Shown here: positions 25,736 to 32,789 of the stretch, one piece after another | Layout: each line of letters opens with the position of its first letter | How positions within the stretch are numbered: position 1 is the stretch's first letter | IMG/VR virus record: IMGVR_UViG_3300043448_000344 | Coordinates: 1 to 32,789 of that record | Strand: one strand, 5' to 3' | Length of the DNA stretch: 32,789 nucleotides | From: a virus | Taxonomy: Duplodnaviria > Caudoviricetes | Position numbers and translations under genes: made by a program | The notes under the pieces: model-generated | What the model was told of the DNA's origin: nothing | Database searches by the model: none | The model's input: the letters and a program-made list of their open reading frames with translations, nothing else

Positions 25736-27347
25736 CGCTCAACTCCATCATGCTCTGCGCCATGGCAAAGCCAAACACCTCAGTGTTGCCTTCGAGCTGC
25801 ACTTCCCAGTCACGGCCTGAACCATCAGGCAAACGGAACGGTGTGCGGCTGGCCACAGTCTCGGTGTGGATCAGCGAGCCGTCAACATAGAACTTCGCAG
25901 TCACGGGGTAGGCTTCGGCGTCCAGCTGTGCGCACGCCATGCTCATGGGTTTGGGAAAGGTGAATTTCTTCGACTTCCATGTGAATGTCTTGTTGCTGCC
26001 TGTCAGCCATGGCTTGACGGAGCGATCGCTGAACGCCAAGAACAACTTGTCGATCTGCAAGTCGTTGAACCCAGCCGTGGCGTAGATGTCGTGCAGAGTC
26101 AACACACCAGAGGTGGTGTCGTAGATAAAGCCGCCCGATGTTGTGCCGTTGTTGTAGAACGCGATGTATTTCAGGTCGTGCTGGTACGCGTGGATGGATG
26201 TCGGCAAGAAAAATGCCTGCCACTGCGCACGGGTGAAATACTGCTCGGTGAGAATTTTGGAGCCGTTGGACGACAACATCACCAGACCGTCAGGGCTGGC
26301 GTAGATCACGGCACCGTTGAAGCTCACAATGCTGCGCTTGGATGCACAGGATTGCTCCAGTTCCGATTTCACCACGGTCATCGAGTCAGGGTGGCTACCT
26401 TGAATCAGGTACGGCACACCGGTGGTCATCACAGCCAGCGTGGTATCCATGCGGCCAAGGCCAACCACGGGGTAGTCCAGCGACTGCATGTACTGCACGG
26501 GCCACGCGTGCGGGTGGTATGGGTCACAGAAATACACATCGCGGCCCTTGAAGCCAGCCATGACACCGCCGGGTAAGTTGATCAAGCCCTTGAGCGTATC
26601 GGGTGGTGGCAGCCATGTGGTGGTAGGCAGAGCCTCACCCAAATCCTCAGCGAGTTTCTCATCCACATACGACGATGTTGCTGCGGTGATCTCTGCCACG
26701 AACAGATAGGTACCTGCGGTGGCACGGTAGATGCGGCGGTGAGTGACGTTGTAGCCCGCTGGAATAGACGCGAAGGTGCCAACAGTAATGGGCTGCTCAG
26801 GCACAGCGTCAACATCCAACGACGCGGCGGCAGGTGCTGACTCAAACTCGAACCCAGACTCTTTTGACACCATGGTGTAGGTGTAGTTGCGGGTCTCAGG
26901 CGAGGCGGTGGAGCCAACGGGCACCGAGCCAGCGGATACCGAGCAAGCCGAAGTGGGTGCAGGCAAGCCCAGTGGGCGTGACACTGTGGGGTAATCCGAG
27001 CCTGACAGCGCCAGTGTGTTGTAAGTTGCCTTGGGCTGCGTGCCATCGGTGTAGAACGTCCACTCAGAAGCGTCGCCAGCAATCTGGCTGCGTGCTACAT
27101 CAACATCGGTTGTCCAGTGGAACCAGTAGTTAGTGTCCGATACGGTGTCTTGGCCAAAGCGGTAAATGGTCAGCGGCGTGCCCACCTTTGTAAGCGTGGT
27201 GACAGACGCGCCGACATTGGGCAGCGGGATCAGCGTGCCTGAGAACACAGAACAATTCAGCGCTGTCTGCGCTTGGTTGTCTGCAAGCAAACGAGGTGAC
27301 ACCTTCGGCGAAATGCCACCAAACGTTTTCATCTGTACCAGTGCCAT
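25728..27347 (-). CDS. Tail nozzle / stabilisation-like protein
   Basis: FGGISPKVSPRLL start, beta-rich body, PHAWP, WKSKKF; position before tail and ejection genes. Confidence 0.7.
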   Translation of the reverse strand: MALVQMKTFGGISPKVSPRLLADNQAQTALNCSVFSGTLIPLPNVGASVTTLTKVGTPLTIYRFGQDTVSDTNYWFHWTTDVDVARSQIAGDASEWTFYTDGTQPKATYNTLALSGSDYPTVSRPLGLPAPTSACSVSAGSVPVGSTASPETRNYTYTMVSKESGFEFESAPAAASLDVDAVPEQPITVGTFASIPAGYNVTHRRIYRATAGTYLFVAEITAATSSYVDEKLAEDLGEALPTTTWLPPPDTLKGLINLPGGVMAGFKGRDVYFCDPYHPHAWPVQYMQSLDYPVVGLGRMDTTLAVMTTGVPYLIQGSHPDSMTVVKSELEQSCASKRSIVSFNGAVIYASPDGLVMLSSNGSKILTEQYFTRAQWQAFFLPTSIHAYQHDLKYIAFYNNGTTSGGFIYDTTSGVLTLHDIYATAGFNDLQIDKLFLAFSDRSVKPWLTGSNKTFTWKSKKFTFPKPMSMACAQLDAEAYPVTAKFYVDGSLIHTETVASRTPFRLPDGSGRDWEVQLEGNTEVFGFAMAQSMMELSGV

Positions 27348-27384
27348 GCGAACCCCTTAAAACCACTGCTGCGATTGTAGTTGT

Positions 27385-27999
27385 TTAGGCCAGTGCTGTG
27401 CCAGTGTCGATCACTGCCATGGCGTGCACAGTGTGCGAAATCCGCTCATTGAGGCCGATGGTGCCGCCGTTGATACGCTTGGTCAGCCCCGTCCAGTTTG
27501 CAGCGTCTGCCAGCTCATTGCAGCCGTGTGTTGACCAGAACCAGCCAGCAGTCAGCACAGCGTACTTGGGCGTGGCCACCAGATCAGGGTTCATCACGAA
27601 GTCAACGCCGAGCGCTTGCCCAGCGTGGTAGTAACCGCTATGGCCGGTCAATTGGATGCAACCCCTTCCCCTGAAGCGGAACCCATCCCCTGACGCTTCA
27701 TCGCGGTTTCCCATACGATTGGCGTAAACGCTGTTGGCAATTTTTCGCGGATTTTTCTCGAACTGCTTGGCGAACTCCAGCGTCGGGAAACGCTTGGGCC
27801 AGAGCTTGCACAAAGTCTCTGCGCGGTAGTTCAAATTTTCTTCGAGGATTTTGAAGTTGGCGCACTCATGGCCACACTGCGCGATGAACGCAGCTTGTTG
27901 GCGTGGGGTGATGATTTTGAAACGCTCGAAAGTCTCGTTGAGCGGCTCGACCCACTTGGCGTCGATGTGCATCTTCTGGAGTTGATCGGCTGTAACCAT
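27385..27999 (-). CDS. Endolysin, glycoside hydrolase family 19
   Basis: FIAQCGHEC, FRGRGCIQLTG, AGWFW, LTKRINGG. Confidence 0.92.
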   Translation of the reverse strand: MVTADQLQKMHIDAKWVEPLNETFERFKIITPRQQAAFIAQCGHECANFKILEENLNYRAETLCKLWPKRFPTLEFAKQFEKNPRKIANSVYANRMGNRDEASGDGFRFRGRGCIQLTGHSGYYHAGQALGVDFVMNPDLVATPKYAVLTAGWFWSTHGCNELADAANWTGLTKRINGGTIGLNERISHTVHAMAVIDTGTALA

Positions 28000-28473
28000 T
28001 TATTTCCCCTGTGAATTTACTTGTTCACGGACGGCGTCGTAGGCTGCGATGCAGGCGTTGAGCTGGTTGATGGCGAGGTCGCCGTCTGCGGCGATTTGAG
28101 CAATAAGTTTGAGAGTCTCTCGGTCAGATTCGCTTCCCGCTTCTTGGCTATTTCCGGTGGCAGGGGCGGTACTTGGACTGGCTTGTACGCAACTTGAGGA
28201 GGGGAGGCGCACGCGCCCAGCGCTGATAGCACGATCAAGAGCAGACTGTTTTTGAGTGATGGCATCGTTGGCCTCCGTGAGTTGTGTTGATGTTTGGGTG
28301 ATCTGCTTTTGCAGCTCTTGCTCTTTGGCGCGGGACTCTTCGTTGCGCTTGCCGATCTCAACCTGCATCTCCATGTCACGCTCCCACCAGCCTTTGTGGT
28401 GGCCGTAGTAGAACGCCATGATGCAAGCAATCAGGGCGATGAGAATAAATTTGGGGTTGGGTAGACCGATCAT
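28000..28473 (-). CDS. Rz-like inner-membrane spanin
   Basis: N-terminal TM helix, coiled coil, C-terminal QLNAC; adjacent to the endolysin. Confidence 0.82.
   Translation of the reverse strand: MIGLPNPKFILIALIACIMAFYYGHHKGWWERDMEMQVEIGKRNEESRAKEQELQKQITQTSTQLTEANDAITQKQSALDRAISAGRVRLPSSSCVQASPSTAPATGNSQEAGSESDRETLKLIAQIAADGDLAINQLNACIAAYDAVREQVNSQGK
28017..28265 (-). CDS. Rz1-like outer-membrane lipoprotein spanin, fully nested in Rz
   Basis: GGAGG 6 nt before ATG 28265; MPSLKNSLLLIVLSALGAC lipobox; Pro-rich mature part. Confidence 0.8.
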   Translation of the reverse strand: MPSLKNSLLLIVLSALGACASPPQVAYKPVQVPPLPPEIAKKREANLTERLSNLLLKSPQTATSPSTSSTPASQPTTPSVNK

Positions 28474-28982
28474 GTTTCAGCCCTCGCAGCAGCTCGCTCG
28501 TGAGCGATTTCCTCTTTGTGAGGGTCGATGTAGTCCGGCGGCGTTGTGGGTGGCGGGGGTGCACGCCACTCTTCGTCCAGCTCAGGGTTCTTGAACCCGT
28601 TGAAGTTAAAGTCAAACATGCCCGATGAAGCCGTAGGCGCGGGGCTATTACTTGGCGCTACGGCTTGGGGCTGTGGGGGTGTGGGCCCCTGCATGGAGGC
28701 GATCTTTTCAGACACTGCCTGTACGCCCTTGCGGCTCATCACACCACCGATACCACCCACCACGAGCAGCACGATGTCGTTGAGCATCTTAGCGAACGCC
28801 TGATCCATGGGCGCCATGGACTTCAGAGGCTGGGTCACATAGGCCAAGCTGTAGAGCATGAACGCCACGATGCCAGCAAGAATAAATGTGACAACGATGA
28901 CGACCACGGCCCAGACTCGGACCTCAATTTCTTCAGCGGTCAGAAGACGCTGCGGATGCTGGGGTGTTTGATTGTTGAACAA
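28470..28982 (-). CDS. Two-TM membrane protein with Pro-rich tail (holin/antiholin candidate)
   Basis: TTG start after GGAG; TM1 VWAVVV...YSLAYV, TM2 IVLLVVGGIGGVM. Confidence 0.65.
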   Translation of the reverse strand: MFNNQTPQHPQRLLTAEEIEVRVWAVVVIVVTFILAGIVAFMLYSLAYVTQPLKSMAPMDQAFAKMLNDIVLLVVGGIGGVMSRKGVQAVSEKIASMQGPTPPQPQAVAPSNSPAPTASSGMFDFNFNGFKNPELDEEWRAPPPPTTPPDYIDPHKEEIAHERAAARAET

Positions 28983-29163
28983 TTTGTTTCTCCAATACAG
29001 GGGCTACGAGGTAATCAGGGCAATCTTGTGTGAACAGGCAGTCAGGGCGTTGGCAACGCTTGGCTTGGAAGTTCTTCGGGTCTTGGCAATAATACCGGTA
29101 CCGGTCTTCGCAGGCCGCGAGGCTAATCGTCATCAGACTTAGGATCAATACGAGGCTTCGCAT
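28933..29163 (-). CDS. Cys-rich lipoprotein
   Basis: MRSLVLILSLMTISLAAC lipobox, then EDRYRYYCQDP...C...C...C. Confidence 0.75.
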   Translation of the reverse strand: MRSLVLILSLMTISLAACEDRYRYYCQDPKNFQAKRCQRPDCLFTQDCPDYLVAPVLEKQIVQQSNTPASAASSDR

Positions 29164-29308
29164 TTTTTCTCTCTTTCTCTTCAAGCCGCTGCAACAACGC
29201 ATCGGCTTTTTGAATTTGTTTGTGGTTGTGCACCAGCCCAAAGCTTAGGAGCATTGCTAGAAAAAGCAACAGAGTGACAATCACAACCCATAGCCAAAAC
29301 TCCTTCAT
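29123..29308 (-). CDS. 61-aa single-TM protein with short coiled coil
   Basis: MKEFWLWVVIVTLLLFLAMLLSFGL...; ATGA coupling to the upstream gene. Confidence 0.65.
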   Translation of the reverse strand: MKEFWLWVVIVTLLLFLAMLLSFGLVHNHKQIQKADALLQRLEEKERKNAKPRIDPKSDDD

Positions 29309-30033
29309 AGAGTTAAAAACAGTCCAGTCATCCACAGAGCTGCCAGCACCACCACTATTGCGTAGCCCAGCTTTGCCATTCTGATTCGTTGCCGGTACTC
29401 GCGTTGCCATTTTGCGTCGATTTCCTGTTTGCGCTTGAGCGCTCTGTCGAACTCACGCTCCTCCAAAATCTGGTCGTACATCTTGAGAAAGCGACTGTAG
29501 ATGCTTTGAAGCCCAATCTCCTTCGGAGTGTAAATCATGGTCTCACGAATCTGCACAGTCATTTGTTCAAGCTGCATTTCAATTTGAATTCTGTCTAACG
29601 CCGCCCCTTCGATGTCTGTCGTGGTTTTGCTTTCTTCTTCGAGCTGGTGGCAGTATTCAATGAGCTGTCGGCGGATTTCAAAGAACTGCTTGAGCTGCTC
29701 ACAGATTTTGTGGACCGCTTGGGTTTGATACTCTTCGTAGGTGAGCTGCTCGGCTGGCTTTGGCTTGTAGTTGATTTTGCTGGGCTTGGAAGCGGCGGCT
29801 GCGGGGGCAACGGTTGCTGTGGGCTTGGCGGCTGGCTTGGCACCAAATAGGCCCGTAATCCAGCTCCAAAGTCCCGCAACTTCTGAGTAAATCGCTTTAG
29901 CATCGGCTACGCCCCCCTCGACGGTTTTCTTGAGCTTGGTGATCTCTTGCTTGCCTTGAGACAGCAATTCGCACCCCTGACGGATTCCAGCCACAATGCC
30001 TTGTGCTGCCATGAGGAGTGTGAAAGGGTCCAC
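29305..30033 (-). CDS. Helical/coiled-coil protein with C-terminal TM anchor
   Basis: GTG start 1 nt after the upstream stop; MDPFTLLMAA amphipathic start; C-terminal LGYAIVVVLAALWMTGLFLTL. Confidence 0.7.
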   Translation of the reverse strand: MDPFTLLMAAQGIVAGIRQGCELLSQGKQEITKLKKTVEGGVADAKAIYSEVAGLWSWITGLFGAKPAAKPTATVAPAAAASKPSKINYKPKPAEQLTYEEYQTQAVHKICEQLKQFFEIRRQLIEYCHQLEEESKTTTDIEGAALDRIQIEMQLEQMTVQIRETMIYTPKEIGLQSIYSRFLKMYDQILEEREFDRALKRKQEIDAKWQREYRQRIRMAKLGYAIVVVLAALWMTGLFLTL

Positions 30034-30034
30034 A

Positions 30035-30241
30035 TTACATGCCGATCAATTTCTTGAAGAATTCAGCGGCAGCGCCGGGGCCGAGCAAAACAGCAGCGAG
30101 CACTGCCCAGATCGAGTATTCGATTTTTGTCATGCGCTTATCGCCTTTGTCCAGCGTTTGCGTGATGTGCTCGTAGCGTTGGGCGCAGATGGCCTCGTGC
30201 GTCTGCAACTTGGCTTCGGTTGTAGAGATCATGTCAGTCAT
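30035..30241 (-). CDS. Small XhlA-like/holin-like membrane protein
   Basis: HEAICAQRY, coiled coil, then a C-terminal hydrophobic helix. Confidence 0.6.
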   Translation of the reverse strand: MTDMISTTEAKLQTHEAICAQRYEHITQTLDKGDKRMTKIEYSIWAVLAAVLLGPGAAAEFFKKLIGM

Positions 30242-30423
30242 TCTGATACCTCGTCAGCAGGCTCAGGCGTATTGCCTTCTTCCAGCCAGCGTAAATAGGC
30301 TTGGTAGTCTGTGTTGGCGGGGTCGAAGGGGATGAAGGCGTTGTCGGAGACACGCCAAATGCAGCCATCGGAAGTAACAATTGATTTTGTTAGCTCGTCG
30401 TATTTTTTTGTGATTTTATACAT
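30238..30423 (-). CDS. Small tail-fibre-associated protein
   Basis: FIPFDPANTDYQAYLRWLEEGNTPEPAD directly after a tail fibre gene. Confidence 0.7.
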   Translation of the reverse strand: MYKITKKYDELTKSIVTSDGCIWRVSDNAFIPFDPANTDYQAYLRWLEEGNTPEPADEVSE

Positions 30424-30425
30424 GA

Positions 30426-31496
30426 TTAAAGCTCCGCAGACGCTAAAAAAATATCGTCAACCGCGCTATTCGGCAAAACAAATGGATATGTACCGCCAAC
30501 ATTTACGCTGAACCCAAGTTGTAATGTTGCGCCTGTTGTAGAAACTGCTGTTGCGGCTCTTAAAGCTGTTACGTTAAATGTAATTACGCCGGGGGCGATT
30601 CCGTTCAAACTACCGGAACCAAGTGTTATTGTTGGCGCTGCTCTTTTTGTGACAACAAAACGGACACTCGCGTCCCCGCTAAAAGTCGCATCGTTTCTTG
30701 ACCCGCCGACAATCCCCGCGCCCAACTTTTCAAAATACCGCTGACACAAAGCCAGCTCTGTACCATACGGGCGGTAGTCAAACGATGTGGCTGTGCTGCC
30801 TTTTTCTAGTTGAACGCCAGTGATGTAGAAGGTGGCAGAGCCTGTTGCATTGAACTGCGTTTGACCAGTCACACCTAGTGCCTGAGTTCCTGTCCACGCG
30901 CCAGATGTTCCAACATAGGAAGAACCGCAAGACAAGCAAAAAAGAATTTCCACCCCAGTTCCGTTTGTACCAGACCATGTTCCACTTGTATCACCAGCAA
31001 CCGTTTGAGTTATTTGTGTCCATGTGTTGGCTGATGCCACGCTAAAACTTTGAGGATAAAACCGATTATTTGCTCCGTTACGCAAAACAAATGAGTATGT
31101 ACCAGCTTGCGATGTATAAACCCAAAACGAAACGGTAAGTGCTTTTGCACTGGCTGTACCCCACGAAAAATCGTTAAAGTTATATGCTTCAATACGCTGA
31201 CCAAGCAACTGGTACATGGTAGATGTGTTAGATGTAGCAGTTCCGTTTGTAACAACGAGCGAATTTGAAAATCCAGAAGGTGCAGTACTGCTTTGTTGCA
31301 CAGTAAATGTGTTTGTACTATTGTTGTACGCAACATAGCGATCAAGCGTGTATGGCTGGCTTCCGTTTGTAACACTTACACTAGCCCCCGCATTACGCTG
31401 GTCAATCACCATCGCACCATTGATGAGTCGATTTTTAAACCCTGTGTACTGGGCGTACTGACCCAGCAGCCCTTGGTCAACTTGTGTGAGTGCCAT
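30426..31496 (-). CDS. Tail fibre protein with carbohydrate-binding-like beta-sandwich
   Basis: KNRLINGAMVIDQR...VQLEKGSTATSFDYRPYGTELALCQRYF; Ser/Thr/Gly-rich. Confidence 0.72.
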   Translation of the reverse strand: MALTQVDQGLLGQYAQYTGFKNRLINGAMVIDQRNAGASVSVTNGSQPYTLDRYVAYNNSTNTFTVQQSSTAPSGFSNSLVVTNGTATSNTSTMYQLLGQRIEAYNFNDFSWGTASAKALTVSFWVYTSQAGTYSFVLRNGANNRFYPQSFSVASANTWTQITQTVAGDTSGTWSGTNGTGVEILFCLSCGSSYVGTSGAWTGTQALGVTGQTQFNATGSATFYITGVQLEKGSTATSFDYRPYGTELALCQRYFEKLGAGIVGGSRNDATFSGDASVRFVVTKRAAPTITLGSGSLNGIAPGVITFNVTALRAATAVSTTGATLQLGFSVNVGGTYPFVLPNSAVDDIFLASAEL

Positions 31497-31840
31497 TATT
31501 GTTGCTCCTCTGCTGGCTTAATCCAAGCTGTTGTTGCCTCATCCCAAACATAAGCTTTTCCATCTGTTGGGTAAGGTTGCGGGTATTCCCAAGACCATGT
31601 TTGAGTGTTTAGCGTGCAACTTGGCGCTGGTTGTGGCGCGTAGAACACATCGTTTTGCAAGTCATATGTGTAACCAACCGCAGCGTAGTTTCCGCGCAAT
31701 GGCGTTCCGTTTGGATGTTGATTTCCGTAGGTGTTGTACGAAGTTTGCACCCATTGGCCTTCAAGCGTGTCAATGTAATTCTGCTCCGCAACGATTACCT
31801 CTGTTACAACGCCATCTAATACTTTTGCAAAATGCGCCAT
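31496..31840 (-). CDS. Small partner protein of the Gly-rich tail protein
   Basis: MAHFAKV..V..VIV, WVQTSYN, RGNYA, YVWDE; AAGGA RBS. Confidence 0.72.
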   Translation of the reverse strand: MAHFAKVLDGVVTEVIVAEQNYIDTLEGQWVQTSYNTYGNQHPNGTPLRGNYAAVGYTYDLQNDVFYAPQPAPSCTLNTQTWSWEYPQPYPTDGKAYVWDEATTAWIKPAEEQQ

Positions 31841-31849
31841 GTCTTGTCC

Positions 31850-32761
31850 TTATGCAGTGTATGTGCCACTAGAAGTAAAGGTGTGGTATGTGTAACCGCC
31901 CGATGATGTTATCGTGCCACCGGACCCGCGAGTAGAACCAGCGTAACGAATAATCACAATACCTGAACCACCACTACCAGAGTTTCCTCCAGTGCCAGAA
32001 CCTACGCCACCGCCACCACCTCCCGTGTTTGTGCCACCAGAGTTAGCGCCAATATACAAACCTTTACAACCTCTTCCGCCGCCGCCAATACCGCCAGTTG
32101 CCGTTCCAGTTTGTGCGCCGGATTCAGTTCCTCCGCCGCCACCGCCAGCATAAACAGTGCCGTTGTACCAGTAAGCTCCGGGGCCGCCACACCCACCAAA
32201 TTCTGCGGAGGCCGAACCACCAGTTGGCAGATTAAAGTTGCCCCCCGACATTCCACCGCCACCAGCGCCACCGCCACCAGCAGCGCCAACATATCCGTTG
32301 CTATCTCCAATAGATACGCCACCGCCGCTACCTTGCCGAAGGATTGTTCCACCCCCGCCATTTCCACCATCTCTACGACCACCGCCGCCAGAACCGCCTG
32401 AAACACCTGAAGTTCCAGTTGATCCACCAACACCACCACCATAAGCAGTAACAGTAGTTGACGCTGTGACTAAAGATGAGTTTGACCCAGAAGCGCCAAA
32501 AGAACCACCGCTCCAAGCAGCACCAGCTCCACCTCCGCCAACAGTAGCGGTGTATGCAGTACCAGACACAACATAATCTGCGCCAGCAACAAAACCACCA
32601 CCGCCACCGCCGCCTTCTCCACCAGCGCCGCCACCACCTACGACAAGGTATTCAATTGCGTATCCACCAGTAGGCACTCCTGTGCCGCCGCCCGGAACAG
32701 CCAAAACATTTGAACTGTTTACATTAGAACCTAACGCTGCTAAGTTTGCTGCTTTGGTCAT
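31850..32761 (-). CDS. Glycine-rich domain protein (probably tail-associated)
   Basis: EYLVVGGGGAGG...YAGGGGG...GGSGIVIIRY...YTYHTFTSSGT. Confidence 0.8.
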   Translation of the reverse strand: MTKAANLAALGSNVNSSNVLAVPGGGTGVPTGGYAIEYLVVGGGGAGGEGGGGGGGFVAGADYVVSGTAYTATVGGGGAGAAWSGGSFGASGSNSSLVTASTTVTAYGGGVGGSTGTSGVSGGSGGGGRRDGGNGGGGTILRQGSGGGVSIGDSNGYVGAAGGGGAGGGGMSGGNFNLPTGGSASAEFGGCGGPGAYWYNGTVYAGGGGGGTESGAQTGTATGGIGGGGRGCKGLYIGANSGGTNTGGGGGGVGSGTGGNSGSGGSGIVIIRYAGSTRGSGGTITSSGGYTYHTFTSSGTYTA

Positions 32762-32789
32762 GCTAGTTGTTCCTCAGTTGGTCGTGGCA
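32758..32789 (-). CDS. 3' end of an upstream gene (truncated by window edge)
   Basis: ...PRPTEEQLA*; TGA overlaps the ATG of the Gly-rich gene and the frame carries its GAGGA RBS. Confidence 0.45.
   Translation of the reverse strand, partial: PRPTEEQLA

Noticed and set aside
27348-27420. Minus-strand promoter with a TACAAT -10 box before the nozzle gene
   Set aside because: No acceptable -35 at 16-18 nt; the nearest TCGACA is 25 nt away.
24284-31496. Diversity-generating retroelement acting on tail fibre C-termini
   Set aside because: No reverse transcriptase and no template/variable repeat pair found in this window.
31960-32640. CCA/CCG triplet runs resembling a DNA repeat element
   Set aside because: Explained by poly-Gly codons on the minus strand.
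1-32789. tRNA genes, introns, inteins or an alternative genetic code
   Set aside because: Intergenic gaps are too short for tRNAs, and core genes read through intact under the standard code with no obvious insertions.

Overview
A densely coding ~33 kb segment of a tailed dsDNA phage, probably a podovirus of a Gram-negative host (spanins, GH19 endolysin; host group not determined). The + strand arm (1-13487) holds early and replication genes: DEDD exoribonuclease, family A DNA polymerase, PD-(D/E)XK nuclease, VRR-NUC, SNF2 helicase, RyR-domain protein, SSB-like protein, AEP primase/DUF927 helicase and two HNH-type genes. It converges on a - strand arm (13488-32789) with tail fibres, an extended lysis cassette, tail nozzle, GNAT protein, three probable ejection proteins (one is a 2191-aa polyvalent protein with zincin and ART-like domains) and six tiny basic proteins. 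Main unexplained patterns: (1) many accessory genes, and one internal domain, are bracketed by 12-23 bp imperfect direct repeats that duplicate the neighbouring gene's start or end; (2) near-complete absence of several palindromes (CCWGG, RGATCY, CTGCAG, GCCGGC, CGGCCG, CCGCGG); (3) a lysis region with two lipoproteins and several extra membrane proteins. All family calls come from motif recognition by eye, not database searches.
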